Shown here piece after piece: positions 38,860 through 48,709 of a stretch of DNA of 52,994 bases. The stretch covers positions 1 through 52,994 of IMG/VR virus record IMGVR_UViG_3300034104_003611; one strand, 5' to 3'. The DNA is from a virus. Taxonomy: Duplodnaviria > Caudoviricetes. Both the position numbers and the translations under genes were made by a program. The stretch's first letter is position 1, and the number at the start of each line of letters is the position of its first letter. The notes below the pieces were generated by a model. That model made no database searches. It was not told the DNA's origin and saw nothing but the letters and a program-made list of their open reading frames with translations.

Positions 38860-39119
38860 CAGCCGGCCGCGTCAGCGGCGTGGGTTGCCCAGTCCATCAG
38901 GTACGCATGAAGCTCGCGCAGCTTGGTGAATGCCTCCTCCCGCTCGGCCCGGGCAGAGCTCCAGGCCGCATCGCCCTGTGGGTAGAAGTCACGGGCGTTG
39001 CAGGTGGCCTGGGCCAGGGCCTCCGTGGCAGCGGTGATGGCCTTGGCGGCTGCCCAATACTCATCCATCAGGGTGCTGGCGCCGGTGCCGTTGAGGTGGA
39101 TGGTGGGAAGGGTGGTCAT
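38859..39119 (-). CDS. Hypothetical phage protein
   Basis: MTTLPTIHLNGTG..NARDFYPQGDAAW; GACCC-ATG start. Confidence 0.65.
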   Translation of the reverse strand: MTTLPTIHLNGTGASTLMDEYWAAAKAITAATEALAQATCNARDFYPQGDAAWSSARAEREEAFTKLRELHAYLMDWATHAADAAG

Positions 39120-39150
39120 GGGTCCGGTGGGGTGAGGTGAGCGGAGCGGA

Positions 39151-39318
39151 TCAGGCGGCGAGCAGCTGGCGCTCAAGGTCGGCGGCCTCGGTCACCAGGG
39201 CGAGGTACTGCTGGAGCATCACCTCGCGGGTCTCGGGCTCGTTGCTGAACTGAGCGATCAGGCCAGCCAGGTTGCTTTGAGCTTGGCGGTTGAAGCGGAG
39301 GCGGGCTTGAAGGGTCAT
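39151..39318 (-). CDS. Small hypothetical protein (55 aa, not in the ORF track)
   Basis: GCAACGGACCC-ATG start after promoter copy D; MTLQARLRFNRQAQ. Confidence 0.6.
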   Translation of the reverse strand: MTLQARLRFNRQAQSNLAGLIAQFSNEPETREVMLQQYLALVTEAADLERQLLAA

Positions 39319-39338
39319 GGGTCCGTTGCGCGTGAAAC

Positions 39339-39388
39339 TATCTTAACCCCCGCGGAGATCAGCGGCGCCGGTTCCGGGTCCGGTTTGT
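39339..39388 (-). promoter_or_regulatory. Repeated three-box promoter, copy D
   Basis: ATCTTAACCCC, GGCGCC at 39364, CCGGTT at 39380. Confidence 0.72.
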
Positions 39389-39542
39389 GAATCGGCCCCT
39401 CAGTGCGGTCCCGCTTCCCACTCCGCCAACCTGGCCTTCACGTTCTCCAGCTCCCACTCCGCCTCCGCCAGCCGGCGGTTCAGCTCATGGATCGCAGCCG
39501 TGGCCTGGTTGCACCAGTCCTGTAGGTCCTGTTCGTATTCAG

Positions 39543-39863
39543 TCATGGCCCTGGATCAAAGGTGGAACATTCAGACGCAAAGGTGCCCCCGGCTTCAGGT
39601 ATCTCCAACCCGCAGCCGTCCGGACCCCAGTGCTTGCACTCCGTGCAGTAGGAGCTGGTCCCGGCTCCCACCAGGCCCCGAATCCGCTCACGGGTCGCCC
39701 GGAGCTCCTTGAGCTCATCCAGCAGCTCACGCTTCACCTCGTAGACCGTGGTGATGTGGCCGCAGTTGGAGCACCTCCGGCGGATCCTCCGGGCATCACC
39801 TCCCATGGTGGGGTGGCTCTCAGTGGAGTTGAACCTGGGGTAGCGGCACACCGGGCAGCTCAC
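39543..39863 (-). CDS. Zinc-ribbon protein (NrdR N-terminus-like)
   Basis: CPVC..IRRRCSNCGHITTVYE and a second CTECKHW..C cluster. Confidence 0.65.
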   Translation of the reverse strand: MSCPVCRYPRFNSTESHPTMGGDARRIRRRCSNCGHITTVYEVKRELLDELKELRATRERIRGLVGAGTSSYCTECKHWGPDGCGLEIPEAGGTFASECSTFDPGP

Positions 39864-42797
39864 TCCACCTCCTCAAGCTGCTGGGCCAGCTCCAGCAGCG
39901 CGTCAGCGGAGATGAAGGCACCGGCCTCCCCTTGGTACTTGGTGGCGTTGGCGACGGCAGCCCGCAGCGTGGCCGCGGCTCCCCGGGCGGCACGGTTGGA
40001 TGAGATCCGGCCGATGCCCATCATGGCGGCGGCCGTCACCTCACGGATGGCGGTGTTCATGTGTTCAGGGTGCGGTAGATCAAGGCCAGCAGGATGACGC
40101 TGAGCAGCGCAGCGCAGCTCAGGTAGAGGGCTTCAGGGAATGTCATGGGCCAGGACAGCACGGGCAAAGCGCAGCAGCGCAGCGTTGGCCGGGGCGGTGG
40201 ACTCCTCCAGCGGCACGCGGTCCGGGTGGCAGGCGGCAGCCAGGCGGATCCCAGACAGCAGTCCGGTAACGTGAGCGATCTCCAGCAGCCGCTCGTCGGT
40301 GAGGTCAGGCATCGCCACCCTCCATGTGGGCTGCCGCCTGCTCAGCCCACCTCAGTAGGTCACCGACCCGAACGAGCTGCTCGCCGGTGTCTGTCACGCG
40401 CCAGTGGACGGAGGCGGTATCGCGCAGGGCCTGGTTGATCACCTCGCGGATCAGGTCGGCTCTGGCTTTGTTGAAAAGCTGGCGTTTAAGCTGATCCTCG
40501 ACAGAGGCCGGCTCCCTGTCGTCGGACACAGCCGGTTCATCTGAACTATCTGGAGATCCTGGATAGTTGCCCCAGCGGGCAAGAACGGCGCGGGCGAATT
40601 GAAAAGCGCCTTGCTCTTCACTTGTATCCCAACTGTCGTGCCACAGTTCGCGCAGATCTTCATCCATGGGCGGCACCAGCTGGGTCCGGCAGGCGGCTAG
40701 GTGTTCCGCGACGGCGGCTGCCATGGCGGCCTGCTGCTCGTGTGTGAACTCAAGCATTGGCACCCTCCAGCTCGGCAGCGATGGCTAGGAGCTTGGCGCG
40801 GATGTCTCCATTGCGCAGGATCTTTCCGTCAGCCATGCCCTCGGCATAGCGGTCTCCGTCCTTTCGAGGCGGGTCGTAGAACTCTGAGGTCACCTGATCC
40901 GCAGCAGTGCGAAGGGCAGCGGCGATGGCAATCAGATCGTCATCGACATGGCTATGCCCCATTGGAGCCTTGAGAAAGGCATCCAGAACAGCCCGTGCAG
41001 CGGGGCTCAGTGGGGTGGGGTTAGTCATAGGTTGCGGGGTGGTAGGCCGATCCACACGGTGTGCAATTCGTCGCAGGCACGTTTTAGTCTTTGCGTATCA
41101 AACCAATAGTCAAAAAATGTCTCATAAGTGTTGGCGTTAATCTCTCTGATGATGATTGTTTTTTGGTGTTTGTGATAAGTGGCCATGGTGAATAGTGGTT
41201 AATTAGGAAGCTGCTCCAGGGCGCGGCGGATGGTGTTGTAGGTGTTCTGTTTATCCTTGGGGTCAGGGTTGCCGTAGATGTAAGTATCAAGTGCGTTGTA
41301 AGCCTGCTCCTTCAGGCTCGGCGGCTGGGGGCGGCGGGCGGCATGGAGACGTTGAGGCATAGGCCAGCCGTCTTCTCCCTCCAGCCACTCACAGCACGCC
41401 TCCAGCTCCTGATCAGCGCCCCAGCGGGCGGCCTCAGTTGCCAGCATCTGCAACCGATTGGTGGTGACCGTCACGACCGCCATCTTTGTAATCGGGGTGA
41501 CGACCTCAGGGGTTTTGAGCCACTGATCGAGCAGCTCGGGCGGCGGGGTGATCGGGTGTTGTTCAGTCATGGTTCTTGGTGGATGACTTCTCGCTTGATT
41601 GGATTGGCGTCTGCCTGGCGCAGCTCATGGATCTGCCCCTTGGCGGCCTTGAGGCTGAGGAAGCAGCCAGCGTCCTCCCACCACCACAGCACTCGCCTCT
41701 CGACCTGATAGATGGGCATCGCTGGGTTCACGCAGCTGGGTCGCCGGATGATGCGGTAGCGAGTGCTCACGGCTTCACCATCCCGCAGAACATGAAGCGG
41801 CTTGGGTTCTCTGGGTCCTGGAGGTAGTTGCCGTAGGTCAGTCCCTCCGGGCCGAAGATCGGCATCTGGAGCCGCGGGGAGCTCCCGTAGTGCCAGCGCA
41901 CCTCGCGGCCGTCAGCCGGGCCGCCAATCAGGTAAATCACGCTCATCCCCGCACCCTCCACACCGGCTGCCGGCGGGCGTGGCTGCGTGGGTCCCGGGAC
42001 TTGCTCAGCCGGCCGGTGTCGGTGATCACTCCGGCGCTCACAAGGCTGTGCGTCAGCCCACCCCAGGCGTTGGGGTGGTGCGGCGTGATGCCGTGCTCCT
42101 CGCACAGCAGCCGCCAATCCTCCGCCAGCACCTCCTGCCCTGCCAGGCACTCCTGGATCAGGCCGGTGGCGGCGTCTTGCCACCGGCCACCAGCGGCCTC
42201 CAGTACCTGCGCGATGCCTTGATCACGCAGGGCCTCCCCTTGCTCAAATAACGGTCCAAGGCTCATGCGGCCTCCACCGTGGCGCTGGGCCAGCGGTTCT
42301 GTGCATAGCGGAGCGCCTCCCGTTGGCTGGGAGCCGGCAGGGTGATCAGCATGGGTCGTTCGTTGGGTCGGCGCACTCTCAGCCGGTACGGGCGGGTGCG
42401 TTGGTCGCGGTGTGGACGGCTGATGCCGTCGCCCAGGTTCGGCTGTTCGATGTTGAACCAAGTCAGGACGACGGCGAAGTCGGTCTTGCGTTCGTTGGAG
42501 GGCATTGTTCAAGGATCAGGCGGGCGTACTCCAGGACAGGATCGGTGCCGCGGGTGGTGGCGCGGAACAACGCCACGTCCCACAGCTCATGCAGTTGCTC
42601 ATCGGTGGGGTCCATCAGCGCGATGCGCGGTACGACCGTTCTAAGGATTTCCGGGTGTCTTGGCTCACCGTCTTGCGGATAACCCACGCCACCGGCTCCT
42701 CGGCAGCGCGAACCAGGATCCCCTCCACCCGTGGCGAGCGGATCAACAGCTGGACCAGCAGGGCCTCATACCAGCGGAGGAACTGCCGTGGCTTCAC
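39860..42797 (-). other. Variable block of small hypothetical genes, including 40305-40763, 40750-41028, 41025-41186, 41199-41570, 41567-41770, 41943-42266 and 42263-42505
   Basis: Chain of ORFs with ATGA-type overlaps; visibly lower GC around 40450-41600. Confidence 0.6.
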
Positions 42798-43477
42798 AGC
42801 ACCACCTCCCGCCGCTCCGTCGGCGTGGTCCAGAAGTATTCATCCTCCCCACCCAGCCGTCCCCACTTGGGAGCGTGCTCCACGTTGAAGTAACGGGTGC
42901 TGACCTTGAAATCGGGCGTCAGGAGCTCCTCCGGCGTGAGTGAGCTGTCCACCATCCGGCAGCGGTTGTTGGGGTACGCACCGATCTGCCCGTTGGCCAG
43001 CACCACCACGTTGTGGGACTTGTGCTCATCCGGGACCTCAGCGAACTCCGCGTCGATCTCGTTGATGTGCGGGTGGTAGTTGTCGAGCGTGAACAGGTAG
43101 CTCCCGGGCATCACGCCATGGGAGCGGGTCCGGACCTCAAACGCCATGTTGGCGATCAAGGTCTTGTGGATCACGGTGATGCCGGTGTCGAAGCTGTTCC
43201 AGAACTGGAGGTCAGCCAGCGGCAGGTCCGGTGACGGTGGCGGCGGGCCGTCTGGGTAGTCGCTGTCCCATGCCAGGAAGGCACTGATGGGCAGCTTGTC
43301 GTAGAGGGCGCCGTACTGGGTGAGGTAGGTCTCAAAGTAGAGCGCACGGCCGGGGAGTGATTTGGCCGCCACCCAGTAGCCCGGTGTGTACTCACCGTGG
43401 CCGCGGCGGAGGTCATAGAGGTACTCCTTGCGCACCCAGACCTTCACGGGTGGGACATTGATCAGCAGCGTGCTCAT
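42794..43477 (-). CDS. Conserved hypothetical protein recalled from cyanophages
   Basis: VWVRKEYLYD..GHGE, YGALYDKLPISAF and EHKSHN..NGQIGAYPNNRCR; recognition from memory, not searched. Confidence 0.65.
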   Translation of the reverse strand: MSTLLINVPPVKVWVRKEYLYDLRRGHGEYTPGYWVAAKSLPGRALYFETYLTQYGALYDKLPISAFLAWDSDYPDGPPPPSPDLPLADLQFWNSFDTGITVIHKTLIANMAFEVRTRSHGVMPGSYLFTLDNYHPHINEIDAEFAEVPDEHKSHNVVVLANGQIGAYPNNRCRMVDSSLTPEELLTPDFKVSTRYFNVEHAPKWGRLGGEDEYFWTTPTERREVVL

Positions 43478-43977
43478 GCGTTGCGCTCCCAGAGCGGGCG
43501 AGAGGAGAGGATGATCTGTGAGATGCGGTAGAGGTGCCCTTCACCGTTCATGACGGTGTAGTGAGGCCAGGCCAGGCCGGCCACGCGGTCCACAATCAGG
43601 CCGGTGCCAATCCAGTCCCTGACGTAGACCGAATCCCCGGGCTGGTACTTCCAGACGGGCTGGCGGACGCCGTGGGGCCTGTAGGTGGAGCGGTGATTGG
43701 AGGTGGATACCACGGGCACCACGGTGTCGTTGGTGAGGATGATTTGGTTCATGGGTCAGGAGTTAGCGGCGAGGCACTCAAGCTGATAGCGGGCGTCTTC
43801 GCGGGTCATGATCACGTCCGCCAGCGTCACGCACTCCATCAGGTCCGACTCCAGGCACTTGGCCTCCCAACGCCAGGCGGCATCGTCCAGCTTGGCGATG
43901 GCATCCCAGATGAAGTCCGTGGCCTGGTCCCACAGTGTGAGCTCAGGGGTGGTCAGTGCGTGGCGGGTGGTGGTCAT
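43474..43977 (-). other. Two small genes (43474-43752 and 43756-43977)
   Basis: Both start GACCC-ATG; downstream of promoter copy E. Confidence 0.6.
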
Positions 43978-43997
43978 GGGTCCGTTGCTGACCCCCA

Positions 43998-44047
43998 GAC
44001 TTTAACCCCGGCGCCCGGGTCCGGCGCCTCTCTCAGGGTCCGGTTTG
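43998..44047 (-). promoter_or_regulatory. Repeated three-box promoter, copy E
   Basis: ACTTTAACCCC, GGCGCC at 44023, CCGGTT at 44040. Confidence 0.7.
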
Positions 44048-44139
44048 AGAATCGTCCTCCCACTTCCATGGCAGGCTCGCCCACCACGCTCCCATCAGGA
44101 ATCCCACTGAGCCCATGATCCAAGTCACCAGCCACCAGG

Positions 44140-44475
44140 TCATACGTGCGCCCACAACTTCCGCCGGACAATCCGGCTCACCGTGTCCTTGCTGATCCCG
44201 TACCGCTGGGCCAGCTCCTCGCGTCCCGTCCCCCGTCCCGCCTGCTCACGCAGTTCTTTCACCTGCTCCTCCGTCAGCCTGGCCGATACGTTCCGGCTCC
44301 CAGCCGGACCCCGCGGCGCCACCGGCTCCGGTGTCATCACCTGATCCAGGTGCTCCACCGTGTAGAACTTCCCACCACACGTCAGACACACCCGGCGCCG
44401 GCGTGTAGTGGCTGGGCCAGTCTGTCGGGTCCAAACTTGAGCAAGTTCCTTTGATTGGCAGTGGGGGCAATTCAT
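44140..44475 (-). CDS. Zinc-ribbon plus HTH protein, candidate transcription regulator
   Basis: MNCPHC..RRRRVCLTCGGKFYTVE; LTEEQV..ELAQRYGISKDTVSRIVR. Confidence 0.72.
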   Translation of the reverse strand: MNCPHCQSKELAQVWTRQTGPATTRRRRVCLTCGGKFYTVEHLDQVMTPEPVAPRGPAGSRNVSARLTEEQVKELREQAGRGTGREELAQRYGISKDTVSRIVRRKLWAHV

Positions 44476-44716
44476 GGATTTCGGTCAGTGGTTGATCCCC
44501 AGGGTTCCCCTTGAAGAGGAGCTGCGGATCGAAAAGGAATGCCGGGAGGCAGCCGCCGATGGTGGTCCAAGGTTGGCTGCTCTCCTCAGGCTTTGCTACT
44601 CACAGCAGGATGCTCTTCAGCGGGCCACGAACGAGATCATGCGCCTGGAGCTCCTGCTGATGGATGCTCAGAACGGGGGGAGCTCCTCCCCGCCGAATGC
44701 ATCCGCCAGTGATTGA
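44474..44716 (+). CDS. Hypothetical protein
   Basis: Lone plus-strand ORF with a plausible helical product. Confidence 0.45.
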   Translation: MDFGQWLIPRVPLEEELRIEKECREAAADGGPRLAALLRLCYSQQDALQRATNEIMRLELLLMDAQNGGSSSPPNASASD

Positions 44717-45099
44717 GCGCCACGCTGGACGGTCTGAGCGGCCTGGGTGGCCTGCGCAGGCTGATCACCCTTGCTGGCCCATCCCTCCACTGAGGCGTTC
44801 TTCATCACCACTCCCCGGCGCACTTCGCCGGTGTTCTTGTCCGTCCACTCCTCCTGGGCCACGACCCCCGTGCAGCACACCGGGGCACCCTTCTTGAGGA
44901 AGTCCGCGCAGTATTCCGCCTGCTTGCCCCACACCTCCACCTTCACCCAGAAGGCTGGGGCGTCGGTGTAGGAGCCGTCCTGTGCTTTGCGCTTGGGTTG
45001 GCGCACCGCCACACTCAGGCTGCAAGTCATCTGCCCGCTCTCAAATGAGCGGAGCTCCGGGTCACGGCCAAGGTTGCCGGTCAGGGTTGCGTTGAACAT
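44668..45099 (-). CDS. ssb: Single-stranded DNA-binding protein
   Basis: GNLGRDPELR, VEVWGKQAE..LKKG and acidic tail EELPPF. Confidence 0.93.
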   Translation of the reverse strand: MFNATLTGNLGRDPELRSFESGQMTCSLSVAVRQPKRKAQDGSYTDAPAFWVKVEVWGKQAEYCADFLKKGAPVCCTGVVAQEEWTDKNTGEVRRGVVMKNASVEGWASKGDQPAQATQAAQTVQRGAQSLADAFGGEELPPF

Positions 45100-45341
45100 C
45101 AGTTGCGTTGCGATGGGGTGTTGTTTGGGAAGCCGCGCATGTTGCGCTGCTCGTAGTTGATGACCTCGGCCAGTGGGTAGAGCACCCGGCCGCCGGCCTT
45201 GAAGTAACGGGGACCTCGCCCCTGGGATCGCCAGTTGTCGAGCGTGCTCAAGCTGACGATGTTGCGCCAGCGTTCCACCAGCTCCTTGGCGGTGAGGTAG
45301 TTAGAACATGTCTTCAGCGGCGACTGGGGCAGGGTGCTCAT
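45099..45341 (-). CDS. Excisionase-like HTH protein
   Basis: YLTAKELVERW..TLDNWRSQGRGPRYFK.GGRVLY. Confidence 0.8.
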   Translation of the reverse strand: MSTLPQSPLKTCSNYLTAKELVERWRNIVSLSTLDNWRSQGRGPRYFKAGGRVLYPLAEVINYEQRNMRGFPNNTPSQRN

Positions 45342-46257
45342 CTGGAGCTGCTTCCTTGATTTGCCGGTTCAGTTCCTCAACGGGTGCCGGCTTCGGTGGC
45401 GTCAGTGCCTCCAGGCGGGCCTGGAGCATTCCACTTAGCTGCTGGTGGTCTTCCGCACTCACGTGCCCAGCCTTCAGCCGCTCATCCAGCAACCCGCGCA
45501 CCTTCTCCAGTTGCTCTGGCTTGGTGGCGCCGGTGATGGCTTGGCGTGCCTTCTTGACCAGTTCACTCTCAGCCTTGGGCGTGTCCCCATCGCTGAGCCA
45601 GGTGGCGAGCTCCTTGCCGAACTCCTCCCCCGGGAACTGAATGAGACGATCTTGGAACTTGCCGGAGCGGTCCTTGATCACGTTCACGATGTGATCCGTG
45701 CTGAGCTCAAACAGCACGTCAAACTCGTACTCAATGCCCTTGCCCTGCTCCGGGCTCATCCCCACCCGCACGGGCCGGCTCTTGCCGCCGTTGCCGGTTT
45801 CGGTCTGCCATTCCGTCTTGGCCCGCATCGTCGCAATGACGTGGCCCGGGAAGTCCAGGATGGCGTCCACCAGCAGCCGCTGCTTGGGCGTCCCCTCACT
45901 CCACGCTGACCAGGTGTTGCCGCGGTACTTGGCGTTGGCCAGCCGGTCGATCTCCGTCAGCAGCTCACTCCACGCATGGCTGAGGCTGTCGATGATCACC
46001 ACGTCATAGTGGCCGGCCGCTTCCTTGAGCGTGTTGACGTAGCTGGCGATGCTCTTGTCGTGGAGCTCCGCCACATCGAACGTGAACCGGTCGGCGTACT
46101 TGCTGGCGCTGCCGCGCTCAGAATCAATCACCGCGATGGACCCGCCCATGCCCGCAGCAATGCGCAGGCTGGTGAAGGTCTTGCCGGCCCCGGATGGGCC
46201 GAAGATCGCGGCACGGAGCTTCGCTTGGCTCTTGGTGGCCTTCTTGAATGCTCCCAT
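45301..46257 (-). CDS. AAA ATPase (Sak4-like single-strand annealing protein)
   Basis: GPSGAGKT, IDSERGS, IIDSLSHAW and EYEFD; lies between the exonuclease and ssb. Confidence 0.82.
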   Translation of the reverse strand: MGAFKKATKSQAKLRAAIFGPSGAGKTFTSLRIAAGMGGSIAVIDSERGSASKYADRFTFDVAELHDKSIASYVNTLKEAAGHYDVVIIDSLSHAWSELLTEIDRLANAKYRGNTWSAWSEGTPKQRLLVDAILDFPGHVIATMRAKTEWQTETGNGGKSRPVRVGMSPEQGKGIEYEFDVLFELSTDHIVNVIKDRSGKFQDRLIQFPGEEFGKELATWLSDGDTPKAESELVKKARQAITGATKPEQLEKVRGLLDERLKAGHVSAEDHQQLSGMLQARLEALTPPKPAPVEELNRQIKEAAPDEHPAPVAAEDMF

Positions 46258-47159
46258 CAGAAGTCAATCTCCAGAACGTGTGAATCGGTGTGTTGCTGAG
46301 CCCATCGCGGGAGGTCGATGAGCTCAATGGTGTCGCTGTACCCGGGCCACTGATCAGCGGACCGGCATTCAGCAATCAGCCGCATGTTGGCCGCGGCTTC
46401 TGCCCGTCCCTGCTCCACCATTGCGGAGGAGGCTGCGTAGACCGCCGCGAGGTATGGCCTCCGCTTCTCAACCGCGATGAACAGGAACTGCTCGGCACCC
46501 AGGGCATCGCCGTAGAACGCTGCCTGGACGTGGTACCTGAAGTTGGCCACAGACTTGGCGAACCCCCTGGGGCTCGCATCCTCCGTGGTCTTCACGTCCG
46601 CGATGATCCGCCGGTCGGCGCTGTGCCAATCCGGTCGGCACTTGCACTCCAGCCCGGTGGCCGGATCCGTCCACAGGTAGGACTGCTCACGCACTCCACC
46701 CTGTCCCAGCAGGAATGCCGCCGCGGGATGCTGACGGACCGCATGGGCCATCAGCTGGACCCGCTCCGCATCCTCCCGGCTCAGCACGATCTTGCTGGCC
46801 GCGGCAGCGTCAAACGCATCCCAGAACTCGATGGCCTCAAGTGTGGCCGCCGATGGCTTGGCTGCGTTGCGCTGGGTGATGCTGGGTCGCCGGGGAGCAT
46901 CCACCGGTGGCAGGATGATCTGCTCATCCCACAACTCCGGCTCCAACACCGCCGTGTGGAGTGCCGTGCCGAGCTGCATGGCATCCGTGGGCGGCTCCGG
47001 CTCCCGGGCCGGATCCACGTACCGGCTCCAGTAATGGGCCGGGCTGCGGTTCACCTCATCAAGGTGCGATTTGGAGATCACGGTGGTCAACCCGTGGTAC
47101 TCCGCGTTGGTGAGCGCAGGTGTCCTCAGCATGGAACCCGCACCCTCTGCAAGTGGCAT
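46257..47159 (-). CDS. RecE/exonuclease VIII-like PD-(D/E)XK nuclease (DUF3799-like)
   Basis: ISKSHLD, GTALHTAVLEP, CKCRPD, DVKTT and YHVQAAFY. Confidence 0.88.
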   Translation of the reverse strand: MPLAEGAGSMLRTPALTNAEYHGLTTVISKSHLDEVNRSPAHYWSRYVDPAREPEPPTDAMQLGTALHTAVLEPELWDEQIILPPVDAPRRPSITQRNAAKPSAATLEAIEFWDAFDAAAASKIVLSREDAERVQLMAHAVRQHPAAAFLLGQGGVREQSYLWTDPATGLECKCRPDWHSADRRIIADVKTTEDASPRGFAKSVANFRYHVQAAFYGDALGAEQFLFIAVEKRRPYLAAVYAASSAMVEQGRAEAAANMRLIAECRSADQWPGYSDTIELIDLPRWAQQHTDSHVLEIDF

Positions 47160-47320
47160 AGAGGCGCCTTAGTCTTTGGGCTCCGGAACTTTAACCCCTC
47201 GTCACGCCGTTTCACCGTTTCCCCCATCTCTTCGCTGAAGTTCCCGGCTTTTACCGGGTTTCACTTTGGCGATGGCCGTCCAGTCCCTGCTAATACTTCC
47301 CACGACCGGAGGCAACAGAT
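47160..47320. promoter_or_regulatory. Divergent promoter region between recombination and replication operons
   Basis: Leftward GGGGTTAAAGT box (47188-47198); rightward TGCTAATACT (47288-47297); inverted CCCGG..CCGGG near 47243-47258. Confidence 0.5.
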
Positions 47321-48709
47321 TTGTCGATTCCCACGCTCCGTCCCTACCAATCCCGAGCGGTGGCGGATCTCCGTGATGCCTACCGGCAGGGCTCCCGTGC
47401 TCCTCTCCTGGTCCTGCCCACCGGTGGCGGGAAGACGGTCGTGTTCAGCCACGTGGCGCACGGGGCATCATCCCGCGGCCACCATGTCCTGGTGCTGGTT
47501 CATCGGCGTGAATTGATCCGGCAGGCCAGCAGCAAGCTGGGCCAGCTCGGGGTACAGCATGGAGTCATCGCTGCTGGATTCCCAGCCAACGACGGCTCAG
47601 TGCAAGTCGCTTCGGTCCAGACCCTGGCCCGTCGCCTCGGGCGCACCGACTGGGCACCCGATCTCATTGTCATTGACGAGGCCCACCACGCCGTGGCCGG
47701 CACCTGGTCCAAGGTGCTGGATCACTGGCCCGCTGCGCTCCGCCTGGGCGTCACAGCCACCCCCGTCCGGCAGGACGGCCGTGGGCTGAGCACCATGTTT
47801 GACCGTCTCGTCCAAGGCCCCACGGTCCGGGACCTCACTGCACAAGGATTCCTCTCACCGGCGCGAATTTACGCACCACCCGTTAAAGCGGATTTGCGCA
47901 ATCTCACGAAAAGGGCCGGTGATTATCAATCAGATGAGGCAAGTCGTCGCATGGACCGGCCAACAGTTACCGGTGATGCGATTAGCCATTACCAACGGCT
48001 ATGTCAGGGTGCGCCTGCCATCGCCTTCTGCTGCACCGCCTCCCACGCCGAGCACGTTGCAGAGCAGTTCCGCTCCGCCGGCATCCGGGCCGCCACCATC
48101 CTCGGCACCACGCCGGTGGAGGAGCGTGAGCAGCTGATCCGTGACCTCGCCACCGGTGCCCTTCAGGTCATGGTGTCCGTGGACGTGATCTCGGAAGGCA
48201 CAGACATCCCCGCCGTCACGGCCGCCATCCTCCTCCGCCCCACCATGTCCGAGGGCCTCTACCTCCAGCAGGTGGGCCGCGTGCTCCGCCCCGCACCCGG
48301 CAAGGCTGAGGCTCTGATCCTGGATCACGTCGGCAACGTCATCACCCATGGTTTCCCGGATGATGACCGTGATTGGAGCCTGGATGGCCGTGAAGACGGT
48401 GGTGGCCGTGTTGACGCTGAGAAGGCCCCCATCGTCCGGCAGTGCGGCGTGTGCTTTGCCGCCTTCCCACCGCAACCCGTCTGCCCCGTCTGCGGCACTC
48501 CCTCCCAGCTCTCGGTGCGTGAGATCCAGCAGCGTGAAGGTGAGCTGGAGGAGCTCCGCCGGGAGCAGCTCCGCCGTGAACAACGGCGCCAAGTAGGCTC
48601 CGCACGCACCCTGGATGAGCTGCTCGCTGTGGCCCGCCAGCGTGGCTACCACCCCAACTGGGCCAGAAGGCTCTACGCCGCACGAGGAGGCACCAATGCC
48701 GCTGGGTGA
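47321..48709 (+). CDS. Superfamily 2 (DEAH) helicase with C-terminal zinc finger
   Basis: LRPYQ, PTGGGKT, DEAHH, TATP, QQVGRVLR and CGVC..CPVC. Confidence 0.93.
   Translation: MSIPTLRPYQSRAVADLRDAYRQGSRAPLLVLPTGGGKTVVFSHVAHGASSRGHHVLVLVHRRELIRQASSKLGQLGVQHGVIAAGFPANDGSVQVASVQTLARRLGRTDWAPDLIVIDEAHHAVAGTWSKVLDHWPAALRLGVTATPVRQDGRGLSTMFDRLVQGPTVRDLTAQGFLSPARIYAPPVKADLRNLTKRAGDYQSDEASRRMDRPTVTGDAISHYQRLCQGAPAIAFCCTASHAEHVAEQFRSAGIRAATILGTTPVEEREQLIRDLATGALQVMVSVDVISEGTDIPAVTAAILLRPTMSEGLYLQQVGRVLRPAPGKAEALILDHVGNVITHGFPDDDRDWSLDGREDGGGRVDAEKAPIVRQCGVCFAAFPPQPVCPVCGTPSQLSVREIQQREGELEELRREQLRREQRRQVGSARTLDELLAVARQRGYHPNWARRLYAARGGTNAAG

Noticed and set aside
36411-44047. Promoter repeats read as integron attC sites or CRISPR repeats
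   Set aside because: No GTTRRRY/RYYYAAC hairpin structure, spacing is gene-sized and irregular, and each copy has a -10-like box upstream of a start codon.
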